DNA from: Eledone cirrhosa
Lineage: Eukaryota
Length of the DNA stretch: 64,000 nt
Direction: 5' to 3'
NCBI GenBank assembly: GCA_964016885.1
Contig: OZ024766.1
Span: forward strand, 12,462,001-12,526,000
A program made the position numbers and the translations under genes. Positions 13,400 through 24,939 of this stretch are shown piece by piece; position 1 is the first letter of the stretch, and every line of letters begins with the position of its first letter. The notes under the pieces are model-generated. The model did no database searches, was not told the DNA's origin, and was given only the letters and a program-made list of their open reading frames with translations.

Positions 13400-15038
13400 G
13401 TAAGACAAATATCGAGATCTTTGGCGCCATGCAGTTGTACAGAAGACCCGACTACCATTACATACAAACCTACAGTCAGTAGGCACCTCTTAACTCAATG
13501 TACACCCCACCGCCACACTCCCGTTCTGTCGACTGTGTCGATGACACAAGAGTCCACACTGTAAGGTGGTCGTGTAGGAGACACGGTGAAAAGGCTCCCA
13601 GTCCACATTGTAAGGTGGTCATGTAGGAGACACAGTGAAAAGGCTCCCAGTCCACATTGTAAGGTGGTCATGTAGGAGACAGTGAAAAGGCTCCCAGTCC
13701 ACACTGTAAAGTGGTCGTGTAGGAGACATGGTGAAAAGGCTCCCAGTCCACACTGTAAGGTGGTCATGTAGGAGACACAGTGAAAAGGCTCCCAGTCCAC
13801 ACTGTAAGGTGGTCATGTAAGAGACACAGTGAAAAGGCTCCCAGTCCACACTGTAAGGTGGTCATGTAGGAGACACAGTGAAAAGGCTCCCAGTCCACAC
13901 TGTAAAGTGGTCATGTAGGAGACACAGTAAAAAGGCTCCCAGTCCACACTGTAAAGTGGTCGTGTAGGAGACACGGTAAAAAGGCTCCCAGTCCACACTG
14001 TAAGGTGGTCATGTAGGAGACACAGTGAAAAGGCTCCCAGTCCACACTGTAAGGTGGTCATGTAGGAGACACAGTGAAAAGGCTCCCAGTCCACACTGTA
14101 AAGTGGTCATGTAGGAGACACAGTGAAAAGGCTCCCAGTCCACACTGTAAGGTGGTCATGTAGGAGACACAGTGAAAAGGCTCCCAGTCCACACTGTAAG
14201 GTGGTCATGTAGGAGACACAGTGAAAAGGCTCCCAGTCCACACTGTAAGGTGGTCATGTAGGAGACACAGTAAAAAGGCTCCCAGTCCACACTGTAAAGT
14301 GGTCATGTAGGAGACACAGTGAAAAGGCTCCCAGTCCACACTGTAAGGTGGTCATGTAGGAGACACAGTGAAAAGGCTCCCAGTCCACACTGTAAGGTGG
14401 TCATGTAGGAGACACAGTGAAAAGGCTCCCAGTCCACACTGTAAGGTGGTCATGTAGGAGACACAGTGAAAAGGCTCCCAGTCCACACTGTAAGGTGGTC
14501 ATGTAGGAGACACAGTGAAAAGGCTCCCAGTCCACACTGTAAGGTGGTCATGTAGGAGACACAGTGAAAAGGCTCCCAGTCCACACTGTAAGGTGGTCAT
14601 GTAGGAGACACAGTGAAAAGGCTCCCAGTCCACACTGTAAGGTGGTCATGTAGGAGACACAGTGAAAAGGCTCCCAGTCCACACTGTAAGGTGGTCATGT
14701 AGGAGACACAGTAAAAAGGCTCCCAGTCCACACTGTAAAGTGGTCATGTAGGAGACACAGTGAAAAGGCTCCCAGTCCACACTGTAAGGTGGTCGTGTAG
14801 GAGACACAGTAAAAAGGCTCCCAGTCCACACTGTAAAGTGGTCATGTGGGAGACACGGTGAAAAGGCTCCCAGTCCACATTGTAAATGTGGTTGGTGTAA
14901 GGAAGGGCATCCAGCTGTAAAAAAAACCTGCCAGAGACACTTCCGTGCGAGCGAGACATGGTCTCCCGACCATTCCCACATCAAATGGAACCCATGCTAG
15001 CGTGGAAGATGGACGTTAAATGATGATGATGATGATGA
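13400..15038 (+). mobile_element. 5'-truncated RTE LINE 3' end with expanded 49-bp VNTR
   Basis: ORF end RDLWRHAVVQKTRL, then VNTR, then GGAAGGGCATCCAGCTGTA...AACCCATGCTAGCGTGGAAG..(GAT)n tail. Confidence 0.85.
13552..14885. repeat. 49-bp minisatellite, ~27 copies (GTCCACACTGTAAGGTGGTCATGTAGGAGACACAGTGAAAAGGCTCCCA)
   Basis: Direct tandem units. Confidence 0.97.
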
Positions 15039-15129
15039 TAGCAAAAATGAATTTAACAAAACAAGAATTAGATATGAGAAAGATTTTAATTCCAGTTAAA
15101 AATAGATTTAAAAAATGGTGTCTGTGGAA

Positions 15130-17110
15130 CTGTTAAGGCTACATTTCTGATGTTGATGGACAATAAGTTTAGACTGGTGAAAGGACAGGTAGACCAAGAA
15201 AAACATGGGACGAGGTGATAAAAACTGACCTTGCTCACTTCCACCTCTCTAAGACAATGAGATATTTGGTGCTATGCAGTTGTAGAGAAGACCCACCTTC
15301 CCTTACATACAAACTTAAACCTACAGCCAGGCCCCTCTTAACCCAATATACACCATACCCCACCCCTACTCCATCTTCCCACTTCCGCTCACTATAAAGA
15401 TGTCATGTAGGTGACAACAAAAAGCACCCAGTCCACACTGTAGAGTGGATGTGTAGGTGTCACGACAAAAAGAACCCAGTCCACAGTGTAAGGTTGCCAT
15501 GTAGGAGACACAGTAAAAAGGCTCCCAGCCCACACTGTAAAGTGGTCATGTAGGAGACACAGTAAAAAGGCTCCCAGTCCACACTGTAAAGTGGTTGTGT
15601 AGGAGACATGGTAAAAAGGCTCCCAGTCCACACTGTAAAGTGGTCATGTAGGACGCACAGTAAAAAGGCTCCCAGTCCACACTGTAAAGTGGTCATGTAG
15701 GAGACACAGTAAAAAGGCTCCCAGTCCACACTGTAAAGTGGTCATGTAGGAGACACGGTAAAAAGGCTCCCAGTCCACACTGTAAAGTGGTCGTGTAGGA
15801 GACACAGTAAAAAGGCTCCCAGTCCACACTGTAAAGTGGTCCTGTAGGAGACACGGTAAAAAGGCTCCCAGTCCACAATGTAAAGTGATCATGTAGGAGA
15901 CACGGTAAAAAGGCTCCCAGTCCACACTGTAAAGTGGTCATGTAGGACACACAGTAAAAAGGCTCCCAGTCCACACTGTAAAGTGGTCATGTAGGAGACA
16001 CAGTAAAAAGGCTCCCAGTCCACACTGTAAAGTGGTCGTGTAGGAGACACGGTAAAAAGGCTCCCAGTCCACACTGTAAAGTGGTCGTGTAGGAGACACA
16101 GTAAAAAGGCTCCCAGTCCACACTGTAAAGTGGTCATGTAGGAGACACAGTAAAAAGGCTCCCAGTCCACACTGTAAAGTGGTCGTGTAGGAGACACGGT
16201 AAAAAGGCTCCCAGTCCACACTGTAAAGTGGTCGTGTAGGAGACACAGTAAAAAGGCTCCCAGTCCACACTGTAAAGTGGTCGTGTAGGTAACACAGTAA
16301 AAAGGCTCCCAGTCCACACTGTAAAGTGGTCATGTAGGAGACACAGTAAAAAGGCTCCCAGTCCACACTGTAAAGTGGTCATGTAGGAGACACAGTAAAA
16401 AGGCTCCCAGTCCACACTGTAAAGTGGTCATGTAGCAGACACGGTAAAAAGGCTCCCAGTCCACACTGTAAAGTGGTCGTGTAGGAGACACGGTAAAAAG
16501 GCTCCCAGTCCACACTGTAAAGTGGTCCTGTAGGAGACACAGTAAAAAGGCTCCCAGTCCACACTGTAAAGTGGTCATGTAGGAGACACAGTAAAAAGGC
16601 TCCCAGTCCACACTGTAAAGTGGTCCTGTAGGAGACACGGTAAAAAGGCTCCCAGTCCACAATGTAAAGTGATCATGTAGGAGACACGGTAAAAAGGCTC
16701 CCAGTCCACACTGTAAAGTGGTCAGGTAGGACACACAGTAAAAAGGCTCCCAGTCCACACTGTCAAGTGGTCGTGTAGGAGACACAGTAAAAAGGCTCCC
16801 AGTCCACACTGTAAAGTGGTCATGTAGCAGACACGGTAAAAAGGCTCCCAGTCCACACTGTAAAGTGGTCGTGTAGGAGACATGGTAAAAAGGCTCCCAG
16901 TCCACACTGTAAAGTGGTTATGTAGGAGACACAGTAAAAAGGCTCCCCGTCAACACTGTAAATGTGGTTGGTGTTAGGAAGGACATCCAGCCGTAGAAAA
17001 CCTGCCAGAGACAGTTCTGTACAGGCGAGACATGGTCTCACGACTAATCTTGCCTCAGGTGGGACAAAACCTTCCAACCCATGGGAGAGAGACGTTAAAC
17101 GATGATGATG
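15130..17110 (+). mobile_element. Second 5'-truncated RTE 3' end with expanded 49-bp VNTR
   Basis: GRPRKTWDEVIKTDL coding remnant at ~15190, VNTR, conserved 3'UTR block and (GAT)n. Confidence 0.85.
15400..16960. repeat. 49-bp minisatellite, ~32 copies (GTAAAGTGG / CAGTAAAAAGG variant)
   Basis: Direct tandem units. Confidence 0.97.
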
Positions 17111-17126
17111 TAAGAGGAAAGATATC

Positions 17127-17690
17127 TCAGATTTCACAATCAAAAGGTTTCCCTACAGTGTGTGTTAGTTGATGTCTACTTACTTTACTGCTACAGACAA
17201 AAGATTTTCCAGTGTGCGTTCTTTTGTGGGCAGTTAAATCACTGCTTTTCATAAAAGATTTCACACATATTTCACAATGAAAGGGTTTTTCGACAGGGTG
17301 TGTTCTTTTGTGTCTTTTTAAATCATTGCTTTTGTGAACAAAAACGCCAGCATTTTCAGCAAATGTTTTCCCACGTATTTCACAATGAAAGGGTTTTTCT
17401 CCAGTGTGTGTTCTTTTGTGTCTTTTTAAATCATTGCTTTTGACACATGTTTTGCCACATATTTCACAATGGACGGGTTTTTCTCCAGTGTGTTCTTTTG
17501 TGAACAAAAACGACAGCAATTTTCAGCAAATGTTTTCCCACATATTTCACAATGGAAGAGTTTTTTCTTCAGTGTGTTCTTTTGCGAATGAGAAAGCCAA
17601 CATTTTCAGCAAAGGTTTTCCTACATATTTCACAACGAAAGGGTTTTTCTCCAGTGTGACTATGTACACAGATATCAAGACCAGAATTGT
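17127..17690 (-). pseudogene. Frameshifted partial duplicate of the adjacent ZNF finger array
   Basis: HTGEKPFHCEI repeats broken by frameshifts; shares VKSNDLKRHKR, SFVCSSK and the FDCEI* end with the 417-aa gene. Confidence 0.85.
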
Positions 17691-17727
17691 GGGTAATAAG
17701 TTCATATATGTAAGAGGAAAGAATGTC

Positions 17728-18981
17728 TCAGATTTCACAATCAAAATGTTTCTCTGTAGTATGCGTTAGTCGATGTCTATTTAATTTACTGCTACAGACA
17801 AAAGATTTCTCACATATCTCACAGTGATATGGCTTTTCTCCAGTGTGGCTTCGTATGTGAGTTACAAGTATGGAATTCAGAGTAAAACGTTTCCCACATA
17901 TTTCACAGAGATAAGGTTTTTCTCCAGTATGTGTCCTCTTGTGGGTTTCTAAACCACTGTTTCTGACAAAAGCTTTCCCACATATTTCACAATGATAAAG
18001 TATCTCTCCAATGTGTGTTCTTTTATGTACAGTTAAAGTATCACTAAAAACAAAAGATTTCCCACATATTTCACAATGAAAGGGTTCTTTGCCAGTGTGA
18101 CTACGTATGTGGACAACAAGGTCAGAATTCTGAGTAAAAGACTTCCCACAGATTTCACAAGAGAAGGTATTTTCTCCAGTATGCTTACGTACGTGGAGAA
18201 CAAGATAGGTTTTCTCATTGAAAGATTTCCCACATATTTCACAATGAAAGGGTTTCTCCCCAGTGTGACTGCGTACATGTTTAACAAGGTTACAGTTCTG
18301 AGTGAAAGATTTCCCACATATTTCACAGTGGAAGGGTTTTTCTCCAGAGTGTATTCTTTTGTGTCTTTTTAAATCATTGCTTTTCACAAATGTTTTGCCA
18401 CAGATTTCGCAATGGAAGGGTTTTTCACCAGTGTGTGTTCTGATGTGAACAAGAAGACTAAAATTTTCAGTAAAAAATTTCCCACATTTTTCACAGTGAT
18501 AAGGTTTTTCTCCGGTGTGTGTTCGTTTGTGTGCATTTAATTTGCTGTTTTCGACGAAAGATTTCCCACATATTTCGCAGTGAAACGGTTTTTCTCCAGT
18601 GTGAATACGTATGTGTTTAACAAGATGGGAATTCTGAGAGAAACATTTACCACATATTTCACAGGGAAACGGTTTGTCTTTTGTGTGACTACGCATATGA
18701 ATAGAAAGAAAAGATTTATAAGTGAAAGATTTCCCACATATTTCACAATGACAGGGTTTGTCTTTAATATGTATGTATTTGTGTGTGGATAATTCATCTT
18801 CTGATGAGAAAGTTTTCCTACAAATCTCACAGCTATATTCAGGAATATTTCTGTATAATGATCCTTGTTCAGTACATGTTTCACTAGGTAAAGGTTTCTC
18901 ACCACTGTATGTCTGTGTAACAGTATCTATATTGGTAGAAACAGGTGTGGTAGAAATGTCCAAGTGTTTAACGTCCTCCAT
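17728..18981 (-). CDS. C2H2 zinc-finger protein, 417 aa, 13 fingers (CEIC type)
   Basis: Uninterrupted ORF with C-x2-C-x12-H-x3-H repeats and TGEKP linkers; ends in a truncated 14th finger. Confidence 0.93.
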   Translation of the reverse strand: MEDVKHLDISTTPVSTNIDTVTQTYSGEKPLPSETCTEQGSLYRNIPEYSCEICRKTFSSEDELSTHKYIHIKDKPCHCEICGKSFTYKSFLSIHMRSHTKDKPFPCEICGKCFSQNSHLVKHIRIHTGEKPFHCEICGKSFVENSKLNAHKRTHTGEKPYHCEKCGKFFTENFSLLVHIRTHTGEKPFHCEICGKTFVKSNDLKRHKRIHSGEKPFHCEICGKSFTQNCNLVKHVRSHTGEKPFHCEICGKSFNEKTYLVLHVRKHTGENTFSCEICGKSFTQNSDLVVHIRSHTGKEPFHCEICGKSFVFSDTLTVHKRTHIGEILYHCEICGKAFVRNSGLETHKRTHTGEKPYLCEICGKRFTLNSILVTHIRSHTGEKPYHCEICEKSFVCSSKLNRHRLTHTTEKHFDCEI

Positions 18982-19075
18982 AGTAATTCTTGAAGAATTT
19001 TTAAAAGTTGAGAATAGATATGACTGTGCAAGACTGATGTTGGGGTAAAATAAAAGTCGTATGTGTATTTCTCTC

Positions 19076-19164
<89 letters not shown>

Positions 19165-20079
19165 CTGATAAATCGTGATTGTTCACCACGGAGTGTAGAA
19201 AAGTACACAATATTTTCTGTGTTAACAATACAAATAATACGTACTTTATATTTCAAGTCCAAATGTAAAGTCAAGAAAGACCAGGGAAGCTAATTGTTCA
19301 GATGGTGATTTAAACCTATTTCTCACTGTCCTGTAAAATGTGGAACAACCAATTCACGATGTGGCGTAGTTTCTCATGAAATGAAATATTTAATCATGTA
19401 GGAGATGAAACACCTACCCTGGAACATGTAGCTCACTCTAGGTTATCTACAGAATATTAACTTTCACGTTAACATGAGATAATTCCTACACAAGATATAA
19501 TTAGATTAATTAAAGTTATAATTAAGATAGCAGGTACGTGGTGTCGTTCATAATATTTACCTCCCTTGAATGACACCGGTGTCGTACATTAAAAGTCCCT
19601 GACATAATTTATTACATTCAGAAATACCTTCAGTTATATCAATTCACTCCATCAATGGTATCCAACATCACCCAGTAAAATAATTATTACGTATCAACGA
19701 GGCAATCTCTTACCTGGTAGAAATAGCAGCCAAATAACATTCTACTAGCATAAAACAAATAAAAAAAACATTCGGCTATGTGTATATATATATATATATA
19801 TATGCAAAAGTTTTATTTTAAATTGTTGGGTTACAACGAGTAAATATTTTATAACTGATATAAAGCACTCAACAAATTTTGGAGTAGATATACGATATTA
19901 AACAAATGGAATATATTTATTCATTTACATACATTTATTCCTTCTCTCCGTCTTTCTTTCTAACTGTGCTTAACACTAAATATTTACAAACATTTCACTA
20001 CCAAACCAACTTTTTTAAATGGAAGTTGATCAATATTTTATGGTACATCAAATTTATTTATAAAACTGCTTATATATTG

Positions 20080-20145
20080 TATTTTATCTGAAGAAGGCAT
20101 GCCATATTTTTAATATGGTATCCCTGAAATATGTATAATGAAATA
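20080..20145 (+). ncRNA. Type I minimal hammerhead ribozyme motif
   Basis: TATTTTAT-CTGAAGA-[AGG C ATGCCATATT TTT AATATGGTAT C CCT]-GAAA-TATGTA-TA-ATGAAATA; stems I and II pair. Confidence 0.7.
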
Positions 20146-20184
20146 AATATGGTTTTATAAATAGTTTCCATTTGTTTAATATCG

Positions 20185-20227
<43 letters not shown>

Positions 20228-20441
20228 CCGAATGTGTTTTTCTTTTTTTTTCCCTCTTTCTTGTCTTTCTTCCCTATCTTTCACTAGCGTAATTTAAATA
20301 AACGATTATCTTTTTCATACATTCATTTGCATATTCACACATAATTTTTAATTACCCCTAATAAGTTTCCACTATCCAGCGAATTTCCGACCGTTAAGGT
20401 TGATTTCCATGGGTATGTCGTTATTTATAAAACAAATTTTG

Positions 20442-20505
20442 TATTTTATCTGATGAAAGCGCACCAACATTGCTTGGTCGCCCTTGAAATATATATAATA
20501 AAATA
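20442..20505 (+). ncRNA. Type I minimal hammerhead ribozyme motif
   Basis: TATTTTAT-CTGATGA-[AAGCGCACCAA CATTGC TTGGTCGCCCTT]-GAAA-TATATA-TA-ATAAAATA; perfect 8-bp stem I, palindromic stem III. Confidence 0.75.
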
Positions 20506-20650
20506 AATATGGTTTTATAAATATAGTTTCCATTTATTAATATATTGGAATATTTACTCCAGTACTTGTTGAGTGCTCTATATCAGATATAAACATTTAT
20601 ATTTGTCGGAATTCCAACAAATTAAATACAACTCCTATATATATATATAT

Positions 20651-20985
20651 GGGGGCACATGGCTTAGTGGTTAGAGCATTGGCCTTGCAATCGAAAGGTT
20701 GTGAGTTCAATTCTCAGACCGGGTGATGTGTTGTTTCCTTGAGCAAGACACTTTATTTCACATTGCTCCAGTTTACTCAGCTGTAGAAATGAGATGATAG
20801 GGACTGGGGTCCCTATTATTCCACTGCAAAGTGGTCGTGGAGGTGCCATGGCAAAAAAGCACCCAACACTCACTGTAAATGAGGTTGGTGTTAGGAAGGG
20901 CATCCAGCTGTAGAAATCAAGCCAGAATCAGTTCCCGTCCCACCCTTGCAAGCAGGGAAAGGTGGACGTAAAATGATGATGATGA
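20651..20985 (+). mobile_element. Full-length tRNA-derived SINE (family A)
   Basis: GGGGGCACATGGCTTAGTGGTTAGAGC head, B box, conserved body, tail CCCACCCTTGCAAGCAGGGAAA..(GAT)n. Confidence 0.92.
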
Positions 20986-21089
20986 TATATATATTTAAAA
21001 TGCTTGTAATCTGCATAACTAATCATTTTTCTCTCCTCCTGATTAGCTTACTTGCTTTTAACTATATATATATATAGAGAGAGAGAGAG

Positions 21090-21230
21090 AGAAGTGGTAA
21101 CACAACAGTTAGTTCACCATACCGAGAACAATTGTCTCACCTTAGCGGATCTTCATTTACGAGCTGAAGATCTGTTAAGGTGAAACATTTGTTCTCGGTA
21201 TGGTGAACTAACTGTTGTGTTACCACTTCT
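21090..21230. repeat. ~140-bp fold-back palindrome containing a hammerhead motif (21160-21197, +)
   Basis: ~65-bp inverted arms; CGAG-CTGAAGA-TCTGTTAAGGT-GAAAC-ATTT-GTT-CTCG. Confidence 0.85.
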
Positions 21231-21292
21231 ACCTAACTCGTCCCATGGACTGAGTGCTCTACCACTACGGATATTACCTTCCAGTGTTCTAC

Positions 21293-21364
<72 letters not shown>

Positions 21365-21437
21365 GTTATTCCGGGTTGAGTCGGAGGTAACCACAGTAAG
21401 TAAGGTACTCAATAAATTGCAGAGTATAAAAGTTTTA

Positions 21438-21550
21438 ATATAGATGAGATTCTACAGGACTAGAACTGTTTCATTCTTTAGAAATCATCAGGATTCCTGA
21501 TTATTTCTAAAGAATGAAACAGTTCTAGTCCTGTAGAATCTCATCTATAT
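21438..21550. repeat. ~113-bp near-perfect palindrome with a hammerhead core (21458-21491, -)
   Basis: Arms differ at about one base; minus strand reads CTGATGA-TTTCTAAAGAAT-GAAAC-AGTTCTA-GTC. Confidence 0.85.
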
Positions 21551-21571
21551 ATATATATATATACTGTATAT

Positions 21572-22790
21572 AATCATCATCGTTTAACGTCTATCTTCCA
21601 CGCTAGCATGGGTTAGACGGGTTTGTCCCATTAGTGAAAAGTTGGATCAGGTGACTGTGTCTCGCTCATATAGGACTGTTTCTGGCTGGTTTTCTACAGC
21701 TAGATGCCCTTCCTAACGCCAACCACATTTATAGTGTGGGCCGAGTGCTTTTTGTCGTAACACCTACACGACCATCTTACAGTGTGGGCTGGGTGCTTTT
21801 TGTTGTGACTCCTAAATAGTGTAAACTGAGGACTTTTTGCTGTGTCACCATCACGACCACTTTACAGTGTGGGCTGGGGGCTTTACTGGATGTATTTATT
21901 TCAGTCTGTCCTCATGGAATGTATTGGAGAGTGGGTTGGGGCATACTGTATATATACTTCAGCTTGTGCCTGTGGGAAGTCTGGTCTTCTGTATTACTGT
22001 GTATCGCCAGAGATCTCGGTCCTGTGTTATAACCTTTGAGAGGAGCAATTGGGCAAGGTCACCTCATCCCAAGTCTTCCTGGGTCTCCCCACTCCAAGGC
22101 TTCCATTGACTTTGAGTGCTCTGCACATTTTTATGCAGCTGTCATCCTTCATACGCATCACATGTCCATACTAACACAATCTCCTCTCCTGCACATAGCA
22201 TTTGATTCCTCTTATGTCTAGTTTCTCTCTCAGTTTATTTATGCTTTGCTGTTCTCGTATACTACTATTACGCATCCATCGGAACATGTAAGCTTCATTT
22301 CTTTCTAATCTACGCAAGTCTTCTACACTCAGTCACCAGGTCTCACTACCATGCAATATAGCTATTCACATGCACGCATCATACAGTCTACCTTTCATTC
22401 TGAGAGAAAAGCCTTTTGTAGCCAGCAGTGGTAGTAGCTCCCTGAACTTCTTCCACCCCGTTCTTGCTCTGGCTACTGTATTTTTAGAACACCCACCTCC
22501 GCTACTAATTCGGTCACCGAAATAGCAGAAGTTGTCTACTGTTTCTACAGATGCCCAGAATTTGGTAGCGCTTGTTTGCTGCTTACTATCCTGGTGCAAC
22601 TGCTACATCTAAAGCCTACATTCTTAGTTACATCTCTTGTGTACCCATAGTTTGCATATCGGGCAGAGGATGGAGTTTCTACCGACACCTTTCCTACATA
22701 CTAAGCAAGGCCATTTCCTCACGGGATCTGGGTTCTGTTTTCTTTTCTATTTACTAGGACGTTTTTGTCGGGTTGACTTTAAGACCCTTT
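21572..22790 (-). mobile_element. RTE LINE 3' fragment with 3'UTR (2-3 degenerate 49-bp units)
   Basis: VETVDNFCYFGDRISSGGGCS..WKKFRELLPLL translation; same family as 28770-29895. Confidence 0.88.
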
Positions 22791-22809
22791 CTTTCTATAT
22801 ACATATATA

Positions 22810-24908
22810 TCTATACTATAAAGGTCGTGAGTACGGCCAGCAACACAGGTCCAGTGATCAGAGTCAACCAACAGGACCTCGAGCAAGTCGATCACTTCAC
22901 CTATCTGGGCAGCATCCTGACAAGCAGCGGCGACGCGGAGCTCAACATCAACTGTCGGATCGGCAAAGGAGCCGCAGTTTTCCAGCGGCTGTGCCCAGTC
23001 TGGTCGTCTTCCTGCATTAGCACCAAGACCAAGCTCCGCCTGTACAACAGCATCGTGCTGTCAACAGTGCTTTATGCGAGCGAGACCTGGAAGAGAACGG
23101 CAAACATAGAGAGATGGCTGAACGCTTTCCACCAGCGGTGCCTGCGAAAGATCCTTCGTGTGTCCTGGCACGACTGAGTGCGAAACGAGGAGATCCGAGT
23201 CGTGGACGCTACAGAGAGTGGTCACGGAGCGTCGGTGCCGGCTGGCTGGCCGCCATATTCTGCGTCTGCCAAATGAACGGCATTCGAAAACAGCGATGAA
23301 CTGGACTCCGCCTGACGGTAAACGGAGGCGGGGTTGCCCAAGGATCACCTGGTGACGAACGTTCTTCCGGAAGGACCTGATGGCAGCCAACATCAGCTGG
23401 CACGGTCTCGAAAAAGTTGTCGCTGATCGTGACCGTTGGCGAGTACTTACTGCTCGATGCGCCGAAGAATCTAAGATAAGATACTATAAAGCTGACGGCC
23501 GTATGTAAGTAACAAACTTTACGCCAAGCGGCTGGACCAAACGGCCCCAAATTTGCACCATAGATGTAACTTTTTCCAAGTAAGAAAGTGAGGGTATTTT
23601 TGTGTACTGAATTTTGTTAAAAGATTAAAGACATTATTTAAATATTCACTTCTTTAAAAATTTCAAATGTCAACACTTCCGGTTATACGACATTCCTAAC
23701 GTCTTCACGAACCAAAGTATCATCTTCCTGTTTTCTTTCGGTTGCAATGTTTTTCGAAATATTTACTTCTGCGTTCACAGATTGATTTTTTTAGTGTCAT
23801 AAGATCCCGTTAAGGGTGAAAGCAGTGATTCTTTGCTTAAACTTTAATCTGTTATTTTAATATATATATATATATATAATTATATATTCGTGTACAGATA
23901 TTTTTGCATACACAAAAACAAAATATAAACAAACGTATTTATTTCACGAAAGCACACACGGCTTATCGTCATTGTTACTGCCTAGATGCCACCCAAAACG
24001 TCCTAGCCTGGCCGCAAGATCAGAGAGACTAAGCTTCGCGATTACCATCAACAAAGCTCAGGGTCAAACCCTAAAAGGGGCTGGCTGTCATCTGGGAAAA
24101 CCAAGGTCAATTATATGTAGGATGCTCTATGTTGAGCTCGCCAAACAATTTGATCATCTTTGCTCCCGAGGGCCGAACAAAAAATATTGTATACTCTGAG
24201 GCTCTAACAAATTATTGTAAAGTTTGTTAAAAAATGTGTTTTCTGTTCAACCTTTATTGTTGTAACTATCAATTTCTTTAACGTACTGGCTGAGAAAAGA
24301 AACCTATAATGAAAGAACATCTTAAAGTTTAACCAAGCCAAATGTTGTAGTTATTAACATTTCTATCTGCAGATTCTTAGTAAGCTTACTGGCGCTTTAG
24401 TATGGTATTCAATTCTCATATCGATTTGATTTATATGGTGCATATATCGCAGCTATTAATATGTTTTAAACATTAGATAATGATTGCTGATGTATATTGT
24501 ACGACAGAATTAGCTGAAAAATATTTTGAATGAACAAATAAAAGAGATATAAAAGAGAGATGTTTGTTGCTTGGTTCCTTCGCGTATCACACGAAAAAAA
24601 CGAAAAGTTACAATCGGAAAGTATGTACAGGATTTGGATAAGGGTATATCCAGGAAAGTTTATTGATACTAATTTTATAACACCAAAGAAGAAGAAAGAC
24701 CTACCACGTATGCTAACCAAAGTGACTGCTATTTCTAGCAGGTTGGGAATCAACCATAAGGAATTCTCTCTGCGAGTACGTTGTCAGTGATGATCATGTC
24801 TCACGGCCTGTGTCTCCGATTCCAACGGTGGTTTACACACACACACGCACAGACACATACATTCACACAGGAACACACACACACACACACACCTATATAT
24901 ATATATAT

Positions 24909-24939
<31 letters not shown>

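Noticed and set aside
7406-16907. Repetitive ORFs (TRVYLAVG.., MDWEPF..)
   Set aside because: Translations of the 62-bp and 49-bp minisatellites; unit lengths are not multiples of 3
18801-18815. CTGATGA-GAAA hammerhead-like string (also CTGATGA at ~54520, ~60631, ~62985)
   Set aside because: No stems or downstream GAAA/NUH geometry; mostly antisense of ZNF codons
20651-20725. tRNA gene
   Set aside because: SINE head; continues into the repeat body and no full cloverleaf is evident
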